From Rhodospirillales bacterium (GTDB lineage: Bacteria; Pseudomonadota; Alphaproteobacteria; Rhodospirillales; JAPHRK01), in the NCBI GenBank assembly GCA_026196105.1, contig JAPHRK010000041.1, positions 11,970 to 75,969 on the forward strand: 64,000 nucleotides of DNA, read 5' to 3'. This document shows positions 9,228 to 18,809 of the stretch, one piece after another. The notes under the pieces are model-generated. The model saw nothing but the letters and a program-made list of their open reading frames with translations. It was not told where the DNA came from and made no database searches. Each line of letters starts with the position of its first letter. The stretch's first letter is position 1. Position numbers and translations under genes: made by a program.

Positions 9228-9975
9228 CTACGTCAAGGCTATCGACATCAAGCTCTGAGGTAATCAGTGCTGCTTTTGAATTGTCAATATCGGCTGAATG
9301 ATAATCATGATTGCCAAACTCGATATCATGCCCAACCATTGTGGCTAATTCTTTCAAGGTAACTCGTGAGGAAGACCCGATATTAAACGTTCCCTGGATG
9401 TTTTTCTCAAAACATGTCTCCAGAAATGTTGCGATCGTTTCATGGCTGATCACGTTATATTTTGAGCTTCCTTTAAGGCCAACACGACATTTTTTTTCGG
9501 TTAAAACCCTAACCAAGGTATTTCGACGGGCATAAGGCCCCATCATCATCGCGATGCGTAGTATCAGATAGTTTGGGCAGTTATTATGCACATGGCTTTC
9601 AGAAAGAAGCTTTGCCACAGGATAGGCCCCAATTAAGTTCCCTGGTTCAATGGTATATTTTTCATCAAAAGGACCAGGAGTCTGTGGATACACATCAATT
9701 GTTGAGGCCAAGACAAAGCGTTTATGGGGAATTTGGGTCAGACGTTCTGTGAGGCTTGCATTATCGTCCATATAGGATGCTAAGTTATGTAAACCAACAT
9801 CATGAGATGAATTAAAAGCACAGTGGATAATCGTCTCATAGGGTTCAACTGGGTGATACTGGGCGGCATCTAGTGGTGCACTACGATCAAAGGGTGTTCC
9901 TCCTAGAAATTCCAGCAAGTGGCTCCCCAAGCCTGAGCTTGTTCCAGTGATTAAGATGTTTGGGTTTCTCTGCAT
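9184..9975 (-). CDS. NAD(P)-dependent SDR (epimerase/dehydratase/reductase-like)
   Basis: N-terminal ILITGTSSGLGSHL dinucleotide-binding motif and YPVAK (YxxxK). Its 3' end overlaps the convergent AKR gene by 44 nt. Confidence 0.6.
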   Translation of the reverse strand: MQRNPNILITGTSSGLGSHLLEFLGGTPFDRSAPLDAAQYHPVEPYETIIHCAFNSSHDVGLHNLASYMDDNASLTERLTQIPHKRFVLASTIDVYPQTPGPFDEKYTIEPGNLIGAYPVAKLLSESHVHNNCPNYLILRIAMMMGPYARRNTLVRVLTEKKCRVGLKGSSKYNVISHETIATFLETCFEKNIQGTFNIGSSSRVTLKELATMVGHDIEFGNHDYHSADIDNSKAALITSELDVDSLDVVKALLAENRLPLPH

Positions 9976-9998
9976 TGTTGCTTCATTTGTCCTTTGAA

Positions 9999-11978
9999 TC
10001 AGAAAATTCCAGCGATCTGTTTTTCAACTGAGTCATTAGTATAAAGATAAGCGCCTTTTTTATTACCCCACCAAACCACTTCTGTTGCCCATCTGTTAAA
10101 ATCATCCCAAGTTTTGTTGCTTGAATTGATTTCTACCACAGTAGGAGAGGTTTCAAGCGTAGGGTTTTGTCCAATGCGTCGCCCAAGGTAATAACTTAAG
10201 ATGTTATGCTCAAGTTCGACCTTCTTATTCTCCGTGACAAAGGGTTGTTTAACTAAGGCGTGATTGAGTTTTATAGAGTCTTGAAGCGGAGCAAGATTTA
10301 TTCTTGATCCAACCAATGAAACGACAAGGCTTTCAGCTTCTACATAAAATTTATCTAAAGTGTTTTCATCTGTTAATTTGAGGAAAATATATTCATCAGC
10401 AGGCCAATAAATGCCCAGCCACTTCTCTGAAAAAGTATATTCAGGCCCACCATTTTGAATATCTTCAGCAGATTTACGGAAGAACTCAGCAATGTTGCTT
10501 AATGTTGGATATTTATTTGGGTCAGCGTTTAAAAAAGAATCGAAGAGTTTGCTAAACGAGATGCCCCCTAGGTCAGAGGCTACCAATAAGGGTATTTGGA
10601 ACATCTTGTCAAAATATAAGAAAGCAGCCATCCATGAAAACGCTCTTACTTCACGCCAAGCCTCTTTGGGCATGGTTTTGGTTGCAATGATCAAGTCTTG
10701 TTTTTCAAGAATATCATCTTCTAGGGCGTGAAGAGCTCCATGAATATTTATGATATTACTCTCAACCGTTTCAATTTCATGTTCTTTGCGATAGGCAGGG
10801 TTTGCCATTTCGGCATTCGGTAAAATACTTAGATTATTAAATTGGATACGGTTGTGTTGTCCGCTATTAATAAGCAAATCAACGCCTTCAATAAAGGTCT
10901 GATAGGTTTCTCCAGGAAGCGCGAGTATCAAATCGGAATAGGTTTCTACCCCGTCTTTGGTAAAACGGTTCATAAGGTCAAAGTAGGTATCAAGAGAGAT
11001 ATTGGAGCGCTTGATATTCTTGAGAGTAGCTTCATCAACACTTTGCATTGAGAGTGCGACACCTTTGTTAAGGCCCGCGTCTGAAAGAATTTTTTGAGTT
11101 TTATAAGCTCGTTCAGCAGCATTCTTTGTGTTTTGTACCGACAGAGCTTTTGGGTAACCTGTCCGTTCTTTAACTTCGGCGACTTTAGTAACAATTTCGA
11201 CGTCACGAGGCAAAATTCCAAAATTGGCATCACAGCAGAAAATGAATTCAATTTTATTGTCTGAGAACCAATCAATCTCTTTATTCAGGCGCTGAAGATC
11301 AAATTTATTGACCTTCGCTGCCGTTGCAGACCCCCAATCGCAAAAAGTACACTGGAAAGGACAGCCCCGATTGGTTTCCCAAAGCCCAATCCATCCATTA
11401 TCCGTATTGGCTTCAGTAGCCATGATTTCATCAAAGATGCCCTCAAGAAAAGGTGACGGAACTTCATCAAGAGATTTCAAACGGTCACGGCGACCAGAGA
11501 AGATAAAAGTGCCTTTATCTAGATAACTAATACCAGAAACATTTTTCAATTCTCTGCTTTGTAAAAGTTCTTCAAGCAGATGAGAGAATGTTTGCTCCCC
11601 TTCGCCATGAACCGCAATATCGATAAATGGATATTGGCGTAGGTACTCTTCACAATTGTCCGGGACGTGGGGGCCACCAAAAATAATAATTTGATCTGGG
11701 TTTAGAACCTTAAGACGGCGGGCAGCCTCTAAAGAAATCTGATTGTTCCAAACATAAGTGCTAAAGCCAACAATATGAGCTGATTGCAACGCCTCAACCA
11801 TTTCTCTAATAGGTTGGCGTTTGTAAAGGAGGGGGAGAAATTGTGTATTTTTTTTGATCTCAGGAACACGTTGGGCATAAGCTTGCAAAAGCCCAATAGA
11901 ATAAGGGAGATAATGTTGACCTGAAAAACTATTATTTACTTGGGCAAGTCCTATGATCAGGGGAGTGTCTTCAGGCAT
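9999..11978 (-). CDS. B12-binding-domain radical SAM enzyme (class B, methyltransferase-like) with long C-terminal extension
   Basis: N-terminal cobalamin-binding-like Rossmann region (IVGFSTYVWN...IIFGGPH) followed by NRGCPFQCTFCDW (Cx3Cx2C). ATG 11978 has AGGAG 5 nt upstream, so I prefer it to the track's TTG at 12014. Confidence 0.75.
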   Translation of the reverse strand: MPEDTPLIIGLAQVNNSFSGQHYLPYSIGLLQAYAQRVPEIKKNTQFLPLLYKRQPIREMVEALQSAHIVGFSTYVWNNQISLEAARRLKVLNPDQIIIFGGPHVPDNCEEYLRQYPFIDIAVHGEGEQTFSHLLEELLQSRELKNVSGISYLDKGTFIFSGRRDRLKSLDEVPSPFLEGIFDEIMATEANTDNGWIGLWETNRGCPFQCTFCDWGSATAAKVNKFDLQRLNKEIDWFSDNKIEFIFCCDANFGILPRDVEIVTKVAEVKERTGYPKALSVQNTKNAAERAYKTQKILSDAGLNKGVALSMQSVDEATLKNIKRSNISLDTYFDLMNRFTKDGVETYSDLILALPGETYQTFIEGVDLLINSGQHNRIQFNNLSILPNAEMANPAYRKEHEIETVESNIINIHGALHALEDDILEKQDLIIATKTMPKEAWREVRAFSWMAAFLYFDKMFQIPLLVASDLGGISFSKLFDSFLNADPNKYPTLSNIAEFFRKSAEDIQNGGPEYTFSEKWLGIYWPADEYIFLKLTDENTLDKFYVEAESLVVSLVGSRINLAPLQDSIKLNHALVKQPFVTENKKVELEHNILSYYLGRRIGQNPTLETSPTVVEINSSNKTWDDFNRWATEVVWWGNKKGAYLYTNDSVEKQIAGIF

Positions 11979-12121
11979 TGTGTCTCCTAAGGTGTTTTTG
12001 GTAACAATCAGCAAATCATTAACAATATATCTGTGTCTTGAAGACGAATTATGCCAATGAAAATTGATTGTTAAGACTTTAAGGCGATAACTTAGAGTAA
12101 TTATTTGAAAAAGAGGTTAAC

Positions 12122-13399
12122 TTGGGTAATCAATCTGAACAACTAAAAGTCGTCAGGGAGGCTATAGGGGCTTTTCGCGATACTTTTCCGCCATCAATAT
12201 TTGATCCGAAAAATCCAATTGTTCGGCTTCATGAGCCGACATATGGCACCGATGAGATTTTTGCGGTTACTGAAAAACTACTGTTAGATCGAATTACCAT
12301 GGGGGAAGCTGTTCGAGCTTTTGAACAAACTTTCAGTGATTATGGAAGGTACGCTGAAAGCGTATCTGTTAATTCAGGGTCGTCAGCTAATCTATTGGCA
12401 ATTGCAGCTCTGGTAAATCCAGAAATGGATAATCCGATGAAGCCTGGTGATGAAGTTATTGTTTCTGCACTTTCTTGGGCGACAACGGTGTGGCCGCTGG
12501 TTCAGTTTGGCTTGGTCCCTGTCATTGTCGATATTGATCCACTGACCCTTAATCTTGACCCAAATGAGGTTGAGAAAGCAATAGGACCAAAAACAAAAGC
12601 TGTGATGCCTGTGCATGTTTATGGCAACCCTTGTGATATGGATGCCCTCTGTTCAATTTGTGAGAGCCACAACCTTTATCTCATCGAGGATTGTTGTGAG
12701 GCTTTAGGGGCAGAATACAATGGTAAGGCTGTTGGAAAATTTGGTCATATTGGGACTTTTAGTTTTTACTTCTCACATCATGCCACGACCCTAGAGGGCG
12801 GTATGTGCGTGACGGAAAATTTCCAACTTTCTGAGTTGTGTCGTATTTTACGTGCCCATGGTTGGACCCGTGACTGTAAGGACAAGGCAGGACAGCAGGC
12901 ACGGTTCCCTGAAATTGATCCCAAGTTTCTTTTTGTAAATAGTGGCTTCAATCTCCGTATTAGTGAGCCCCAAGGGGCCATGGGAACCATTCAGGTGAAA
13001 AAACTTGAGGGTTTTGTTTCTAAACGTCGTGAGAATGCAAATTATTGGAGGAATGCCTTAAGCAATCATGCTGCATGGCTTCATCTTCAAACTGAACAAA
13101 ATAAAGGTAAAAATTCTTGGTTTGGAATTCCGATCACAGTGGATGCCTCAGCACCTTTTACAGCTATGGAAATACGTGACGCTCTGGAAAATAATGGTAT
13201 TGAAACTCGTTCAATCATTTGTGGAAATATAGCCCGTCAGCCTGGTATGAAACTTTTTGAGCATCGTGTTTGTGGGGATATGTCCCATGCCAATCATATT
13301 ATGGGGGCTGGTTTTTCTTTTGGTAATCATCAAGCCATCGGCCCCGATGCTCTTAATCATATTCAATCTGTCATCAATAACTTTTTGGCTAAGTATTAA
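12122..13399 (+). CDS. PLP/PMP-dependent sugar 3-dehydratase, ColD/E1-like (DegT/DnrJ/EryC1 fold)
   Basis: Close to my recollection of ColD: GTFSFYFSHHATTLEGGMCVT and RAHGWTRD. The position normally holding the Schiff-base Lys carries SHH, with no Lys in the motif. TTG start has AGAGG 5 nt upstream. Confidence 0.7.
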   Translation: MGNQSEQLKVVREAIGAFRDTFPPSIFDPKNPIVRLHEPTYGTDEIFAVTEKLLLDRITMGEAVRAFEQTFSDYGRYAESVSVNSGSSANLLAIAALVNPEMDNPMKPGDEVIVSALSWATTVWPLVQFGLVPVIVDIDPLTLNLDPNEVEKAIGPKTKAVMPVHVYGNPCDMDALCSICESHNLYLIEDCCEALGAEYNGKAVGKFGHIGTFSFYFSHHATTLEGGMCVTENFQLSELCRILRAHGWTRDCKDKAGQQARFPEIDPKFLFVNSGFNLRISEPQGAMGTIQVKKLEGFVSKRRENANYWRNALSNHAAWLHLQTEQNKGKNSWFGIPITVDASAPFTAMEIRDALENNGIETRSIICGNIARQPGMKLFEHRVCGDMSHANHIMGAGFSFGNHQAIGPDALNHIQSVINNFLAKY

Positions 13400-13401
13400 T
13401 C

Positions 13402-14400
13402 ATGACCCAGACAAATATTAAAACTGTTTTGATCACAGGCATTACCGGGTTTGTCGGAAGCCATCTTGCTGAATATATTTTAAGCGATCACCCTGGGATC
13501 AATATTCACGGCCTGAAAAGATGGAGAAGCCCGAAGGATAATATTCGTAATATCCAGAACCGTGTGACATTACACGATGGGGACCTGAATGACTTGTCTT
13601 CTCTGTTGACTGTTTGTCAGGACGTAAAACCGGATGCTATTTTCCATTTGGCAGCCCAATCATATGTGCCGACAAGTTATAAGGCCCCTGTCGATACCAT
13701 CCATACCAACGTAATTGGGACGACAAATCTTTTGGAAGCTTTGCGTATCGCGAAGCTTGATCCTGTAGTGCATATTTGTAGTTCCTCAGAGGTCTATGGT
13801 CAGGTACAGCCTGACGAAGTTCCAATCACGGAAGCCACACCTCTTCGTCCTGCTAGTCCTTATGCGGTGAGTAAGGTTGGAGAAGATATGATTTCCTACA
13901 CTTACCATCAGGCCTATGGCATAAAAACTATTCGTAGCCGTATGTTTACTCATAGCGGCCCGCGCCGAGGTGAAGTGTTTGTTGATAGCTGGTTTGCCTT
14001 GCAGCTAGCTCGTATTGAAGCTGGGCAGCAGGACCCCGTTATTAAAGTTGGAAACCTCGACTCAGTTCGTACTTTTTGTGATGTCCGAGATACCGTTCGA
14101 GCCTACTGGATGCTGGTCAATAAATGTCCTCCAGGTGAGGTCTATAATATTGGTGGTGTTGAGACGATGACAATACGAGAGATGCTGGAAAAGCTTCTCA
14201 CTATGAAACGTAAAGGGACACCCGAGATTGAAGTCAAAGTAGATCAGACCCTTATCAGACCAGCGGATGTAACCTTGCAAATACCCTGTACTGATAAATT
14301 CGGAAAAGAAACTAATTGGAAACCAGAAATTCCTTATGAGCAGTGTTTAAAAGATATGCTCGATTATTGGCGTCACCAGGTTGCTGTTGGTTTGATCTAA
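13402..14400 (+). CDS. GDP-sugar 4,6-dehydratase / 4-reductase family SDR (GMD/Rmd-like)
   Basis: VLITGITGFVGSHL, SSSEVYG, SPYAVSK (YxxxK), and DPVIKVGNLDSVRTFCDVRD typical of the GMD/Rmd clade. It is the only candidate 4,6-dehydratase in the island. Confidence 0.65.
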   Translation: MTQTNIKTVLITGITGFVGSHLAEYILSDHPGINIHGLKRWRSPKDNIRNIQNRVTLHDGDLNDLSSLLTVCQDVKPDAIFHLAAQSYVPTSYKAPVDTIHTNVIGTTNLLEALRIAKLDPVVHICSSSEVYGQVQPDEVPITEATPLRPASPYAVSKVGEDMISYTYHQAYGIKTIRSRMFTHSGPRRGEVFVDSWFALQLARIEAGQQDPVIKVGNLDSVRTFCDVRDTVRAYWMLVNKCPPGEVYNIGGVETMTIREMLEKLLTMKRKGTPEIEVKVDQTLIRPADVTLQIPCTDKFGKETNWKPEIPYEQCLKDMLDYWRHQVAVGLI

Positions 14401-15125
14401 TGGAGCTAAAGGGGGTAGACGCAATCATTTTAGCCGGAGGTTTAGGCACTCGCTTACGTGCAGTCGTCCCCGACACGGCAAAGCCTTTGGCCGAAGTAGG
14501 GGGCGCTCCTTTCCTTGCCTTTGTTCTTCGTTGGCTAAAAGACCAAGGCATTGAACGAATTATCCTTGCTGTTGGTTATAAATCAGATCAATTCCCACCA
14601 TTTATTAAAAATCTTGGAAAGTTAGGTGAAAACGTCAAAGTTTCTTATGAAGATGAACCATTGGGGACTGGCGGTGCTTTGCGATTAGCTGCTGATCTCA
14701 GTGAAGGTAAGACGATGTTGGTTATGAATGGCGATAGCTACATTGATCTTGACCTACAAGCTTTTGCTGATGCTCATGAAAGGGCAGGGGCTAAATCAAC
14801 TATTGTTGTTACGAAGGTCCAAGATACCTCTCGTTTCGGTCGGGTAGAAATAGATATGGATAACAAGGTTACGGCATTTCGGGAGAAGCAACCTAATTCA
14901 GAAGCGGGCTCTATTAATGCCGGGGTTTATTTGCTTGATAAATCAGTTGTGAACTCCCTCCCAAAGAACCAAAATATCTCCTTGGAAAAAGAGGTGTTCC
15001 CGTCGCTTCTTGATGGTCGCCTAGCTGCCTTTGAAACGAAGGGGCGTTTTATCGATATTGGTACGCCTGAGACCTTTGCTATAGCCGCAGAGGTGTTAGG
15101 TATAGAACAGGATGCTAACCCATGA
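14400..15125 (+). CDS. Sugar-1-phosphate nucleotidyltransferase (HddC-like heptose-1-phosphate guanylyltransferase)
   Basis: AIILAGGLGTRLR and GTGGAL motifs. ATG 14400 overlaps the upstream TAA (TAATG). The track's 14343 start would run inside the previous gene. Stop overlaps the next start (ATGA). Confidence 0.7.
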   Translation: MELKGVDAIILAGGLGTRLRAVVPDTAKPLAEVGGAPFLAFVLRWLKDQGIERIILAVGYKSDQFPPFIKNLGKLGENVKVSYEDEPLGTGGALRLAADLSEGKTMLVMNGDSYIDLDLQAFADAHERAGAKSTIVVTKVQDTSRFGRVEIDMDNKVTAFREKQPNSEAGSINAGVYLLDKSVVNSLPKNQNISLEKEVFPSLLDGRLAAFETKGRFIDIGTPETFAIAAEVLGIEQDANP

Positions 15126-16135
15126 TTATTTCAAGGGCACCGTTTCGTGTTTCTTTCTTTGGCGGTGGGACAGACTACCCTACTTGGTTCCAAGAAAATG
15201 GTGGGCAGGTTCTCTCGACGACGATTGATAAGTACTGCTATATAACGGCTCGCTTTTTGCCACAGTTTTTTGACTATAAAAGTAGGATCGTTTGGTCCAA
15301 AGTTGAGAATGTCATCAATACCGATGAGATTCAGCACCCTGTTGTTCGCGAAGTATTGAATTACTTGAAGATAAATCAAGGTATTGAAATTCATCATATT
15401 GGTGATTTACCTGCACGGACTGGCTTAGGCTCAAGTTCTTCATTTACTGTCGCTTTGCTGCAAGCCCTATATGGTTTGCAAGAAGAAATGCGCAGCAAGA
15501 AAAGTTTAGCTAATGAAGCAATTTTTGTTGAACAACAGCTCTTAAGTGAAGCGGTTGGCGTGCAAGATCAGGTTGCGGTCGCCCATGGTGGCTTTAACCA
15601 TATTGAAATAAGAAAAAATGGGACCTTTAACGTTAATCCGATGATTGTTCCGCGAAAAAGATTAAACGAGTTGGAAGACTCTCTAATGCTCTTCTATAGT
15701 GGTGTTTCGAGGTTTGCCTCAGACATTGCGACAAAGAAAATAGAGGCTATTCCTAACAAAAAAGTAGAGTTGAATACCTTATCAACCTTTGTCGATGCAG
15801 CGATCAGAATTTTGCGAGAAGGGGATATCCATGATTTTGGTCGGCTCTTGCATGAAAGCTGGTTAGTTAAACGTAGTATTAGTTCCGCCATATCAACAGA
15901 TGTCATTGATGATATTTATAATAAGGCGGTGACTGCAGGAGCTTTGGGGGGGAAAATACTTGGTGCTGGCGGCGGCGGGTTTGTACTCATCTATGCACAA
16001 CGTGAGAAACAACCTTCTGTGCGCAAAGCTTTAGAAAGTTATCTTGAAATTCCTGTGAAGTTTGAAACCGGTGGCGCCCAGGTGACTTTTTATGAGAACA
16101 CTTGGTGGAACAAAGATACACAAGAACAGGATTAA
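15122..16135 (+). CDS. hddA: GHMP-family sugar kinase, D-glycero-D-manno-heptose 7-phosphate kinase-like
   Basis: N-terminus MIISRAPFRVSFFGGGTDYP is characteristic of HddA. GHMP motif PARTGLGSSSS and a C-terminal GAGGGGF. Confidence 0.7.
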   Translation: MIISRAPFRVSFFGGGTDYPTWFQENGGQVLSTTIDKYCYITARFLPQFFDYKSRIVWSKVENVINTDEIQHPVVREVLNYLKINQGIEIHHIGDLPARTGLGSSSSFTVALLQALYGLQEEMRSKKSLANEAIFVEQQLLSEAVGVQDQVAVAHGGFNHIEIRKNGTFNVNPMIVPRKRLNELEDSLMLFYSGVSRFASDIATKKIEAIPNKKVELNTLSTFVDAAIRILREGDIHDFGRLLHESWLVKRSISSAISTDVIDDIYNKAVTAGALGGKILGAGGGGFVLIYAQREKQPSVRKALESYLEIPVKFETGGAQVTFYENTWWNKDTQEQD

Positions 16136-16143
16136 CTTAAGCT

Positions 16144-17103
16144 ATGGCTAAAACCATTCTCATATGCGGAGCAACGGGTTTTATTGGCCGTAATCTTGTT
16201 GAAAAATTTGCTTCCCAAAGCAATTTTAAAGTTATCGCTCTATCTCATGTTCGACCAGCTTATGATTTTGCAGGTGTTGAATGGCGAAATGCTGACTTGA
16301 GAAAACCAGAAGAGTGCCGAACCGCTCTTGAAGACGTCGATATCGTTATCCAAGCCGCTGCAACGACGTCTGGTTCGAAAGATATCGTCAATCATCCCGC
16401 GATGCATGTGACTGATAATGCTGTTATGAATAGTTACTTGTTTCGCGAGGCCGCTGAACGTTGTGAACAGCTTATCTTCTTTAGTTGTTCAATAATGTAT
16501 CCAACGAGTGATACCCCTCTAAAAGAAGAGGACTTAGATCAAAATGTTCCCTTAAATCCTCGTTACTTTGGTGCAGGTTATACAAAGCTATATCTCGAAC
16601 GGCTTTGTGAATTTTATGCTGGGCAAGGCCGTTGCAAATTTACGGTCGCTAGGCACTCAAATATTTATGGTCCTTATGATAAATTTGACCTTGAACACAG
16701 TCACGTGTTTGGCGCGTCCATTACAAAGGTTTTAACGGCAGACCAAGAAGTCATTGTCTGGGGGAATGGGCAGGAGGAACGTGATTTACTCTATGTGGAT
16801 GATCTGGTGAATTTTGTTGAAAAAGCCTTGGCAAACCAGAAAGAAATGTTTGGGCTATATAATGTTGGGGCTGGGAACTTGATTAGTGTTGATAACCTAG
16901 TCAAACAAATCATTTCTCAATCAGGCAAAAACTTATCAGTTGTATATGACCCCAATGGGCCAACGATTACAACAAAGCTATGCCTTGATTGTTCTAAGGC
17001 AGAAAAAGAATTGGGATGGGCCCCCGTTGTATCTCTAGAAGAGGGTATTTCTAAAACACTGAAATGGTGGCAAAAAAATGATCCTCTTAAAGCAATAAAC
17101 TAA
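16144..17103 (+). CDS. NAD-dependent sugar epimerase/reductase (Fcl/WcaG-like SDR)
   Basis: ILICGATGFIGRNL, NIYGPYDKFDLEHSHV (compare Fcl NLYGPxDNF...SHV). The Tyr/Lys spacing looks non-canonical (GYTKLY). Stop overlaps the next start (TAATG). Confidence 0.6.
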   Translation: MAKTILICGATGFIGRNLVEKFASQSNFKVIALSHVRPAYDFAGVEWRNADLRKPEECRTALEDVDIVIQAAATTSGSKDIVNHPAMHVTDNAVMNSYLFREAAERCEQLIFFSCSIMYPTSDTPLKEEDLDQNVPLNPRYFGAGYTKLYLERLCEFYAGQGRCKFTVARHSNIYGPYDKFDLEHSHVFGASITKVLTADQEVIVWGNGQEERDLLYVDDLVNFVEKALANQKEMFGLYNVGAGNLISVDNLVKQIISQSGKNLSVVYDPNGPTITTKLCLDCSKAEKELGWAPVVSLEEGISKTLKWWQKNDPLKAIN

Positions 17104-18785
17104 TGAAGATAGCAATACTTCACCCTTATTCTGGGCTTGCTGAAACGGAATCTGCTCGTCGAATTATTATTGCCTGTGAAAGATTGAGACACGAAGCAAA
17201 AGAATGCCAATTGCCAGGACAAGTCATTCGCTATAATCCAGATTTTGTTCTTTCCCTTTCTCATCAAGATGCCAAATTATTTGGTGTGCCTACTTATGGA
17301 GTCTTAACGGCCCCAGTTAATTGGTACAATCAGTGTCCGCGTTTCATTAGAAATATATTGAGCTATGATGGAATTTTAACTTTATCCCCCTTTTCTGCAG
17401 CAAAGCTTGAGGGATTATGTTCAGCGTTTGGAAAAGATATTAAGGTAGGATTTTATGGGAACACATGTGCCATTGAACCAGGGATAGCGAATGTAAAAGA
17501 CCCTCACTTAATTTATCTTGGCACAAATTGGGATGGCCATCGGTTTGGGGATATTTTTAGCAAACTTTCTGAGCGTTCTTACTTTGAAGTTTATGGACCT
17601 GAAGATAAGTGGCCTCATATTTCGGATCAATCCAGAAAAGGTGGCTTACCCTTTGATGGTGTGTCTGTCCTAAATGCCTATAGAAATGCTGGAGTTGGTT
17701 TATGCTTGCATTTAGCTGATTTTACGTCTTCTGGTATGCCATCCAATAGAATTTTTGAGATTACCGCGGCAGGGGCTGTGGTTATCAGTGATGAGAACCC
17801 TTTTGTGAGAGAGCATTATGGTGACAGTATTCTTTACGTGGATACGAGCCAATCAACAGATTCTATCGTTGATCAAATAGACGCACATATGAAGTGGGTT
17901 AAATTTCATCCTGATGAAGCCCTTGTAATGGCTAAACAGTCAAAACAGGTGTTTGATGAAAAATTATCCCTAGATGTTCTTTTACCTCAATTGTTTGATT
18001 ATCACCAATCGCTTTTGTCTCAAAAAGGCTATGACTATGATGATGAAGATACGCCGGATGTTGAGTTGTTATTGTGCTGCAAAGAAGTGAATGTTAGTAG
18101 TTTTAAAAAAATATTTGACAGTTTTAGTAATCAAAGTTACCCAGCAAAATCTTTGGTTATTTGTTTGCCAATTTCCCAGCTTGGAATTGCTGAAGAGTGT
18201 TTCGCCCCTTGGCAGGGTGAGTCAAGTGTAAGTTTTGTTACTGTAAAAGATGAGGACTCAGAAGAGCTTTTGCGTTTGGGCTTGGCGGCATTGAGAGCTC
18301 CGTTGTTCGGTTTTACTGATATTACTGTAACTTGGCATCGAAATCACCTAAGTACACTTGTTGAATCACTTAAAAAGTCAACTGCTGTTCTGGCGGCTTC
18401 TGTTTTTGTTGAAGAGAGTAAAGAGATCCTAGTGGACCGATTGGTTGATCCATATTTGTTGCCACGAAAAAATAGACAACGTCTTGGTCCTGTTAATAGG
18501 TTTTCTGCAGTAGAATATTTTGCGAATGGTGTCGGAAATGGTCCTGGAAGTTGGATAGGCCGAAGGGAAAAACTCGGTGAAGATAAGTTACCATTTACAG
18601 GAAATACAGAGGTCGACAACTGGTTACTACAGATAACGTTATTATCAACTGGCTCAGGAACGGGCTGTTTTGAGGTGACTGGTAAAAGACAGTATTCCTT
18701 GACCCAAGAGCCTGATGAATCAGAAGTAAAAATGCTGCGCCAGAAACTGAAACATACTTTGAAACGTCCTGTAGTTACAACGTAG
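17103..18785 (+). CDS. Glycosyltransferase-like protein: CgeB-like N-terminal half (paralog of 6479-8248) plus divergent C-terminal half
   Basis: The N-terminal ~300 aa align with 6479-8248 along their length (YLGTNWDGHRFG, GLPFDG, NRIFEITAAGAV, QIDAHMKW). I estimate roughly 40-50% identity by eye. The C-terminal half has a GT2-like beginning (VELLLCCKE...NQSY) but no obvious DxD. Confidence 0.55.
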   Translation: MKIAILHPYSGLAETESARRIIIACERLRHEAKECQLPGQVIRYNPDFVLSLSHQDAKLFGVPTYGVLTAPVNWYNQCPRFIRNILSYDGILTLSPFSAAKLEGLCSAFGKDIKVGFYGNTCAIEPGIANVKDPHLIYLGTNWDGHRFGDIFSKLSERSYFEVYGPEDKWPHISDQSRKGGLPFDGVSVLNAYRNAGVGLCLHLADFTSSGMPSNRIFEITAAGAVVISDENPFVREHYGDSILYVDTSQSTDSIVDQIDAHMKWVKFHPDEALVMAKQSKQVFDEKLSLDVLLPQLFDYHQSLLSQKGYDYDDEDTPDVELLLCCKEVNVSSFKKIFDSFSNQSYPAKSLVICLPISQLGIAEECFAPWQGESSVSFVTVKDEDSEELLRLGLAALRAPLFGFTDITVTWHRNHLSTLVESLKKSTAVLAASVFVEESKEILVDRLVDPYLLPRKNRQRLGPVNRFSAVEYFANGVGNGPGSWIGRREKLGEDKLPFTGNTEVDNWLLQITLLSTGSGTGCFEVTGKRQYSLTQEPDESEVKMLRQKLKHTLKRPVVTT

Positions 18786-18809
18786 TGGTCTTTTTTGAGG
18801 AATACCAAT

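Noticed and set aside
14343-14399. The track's N-terminal extension of the nucleotidyltransferase (MFKRYARLLASPGCCWFDL).
   Set aside because: It overlaps the last 58 nt of the SDR gene. ATG 14400 gives the typical MELKG..AIILAGGLGTRL N-terminus with TAATG stop-start coupling.
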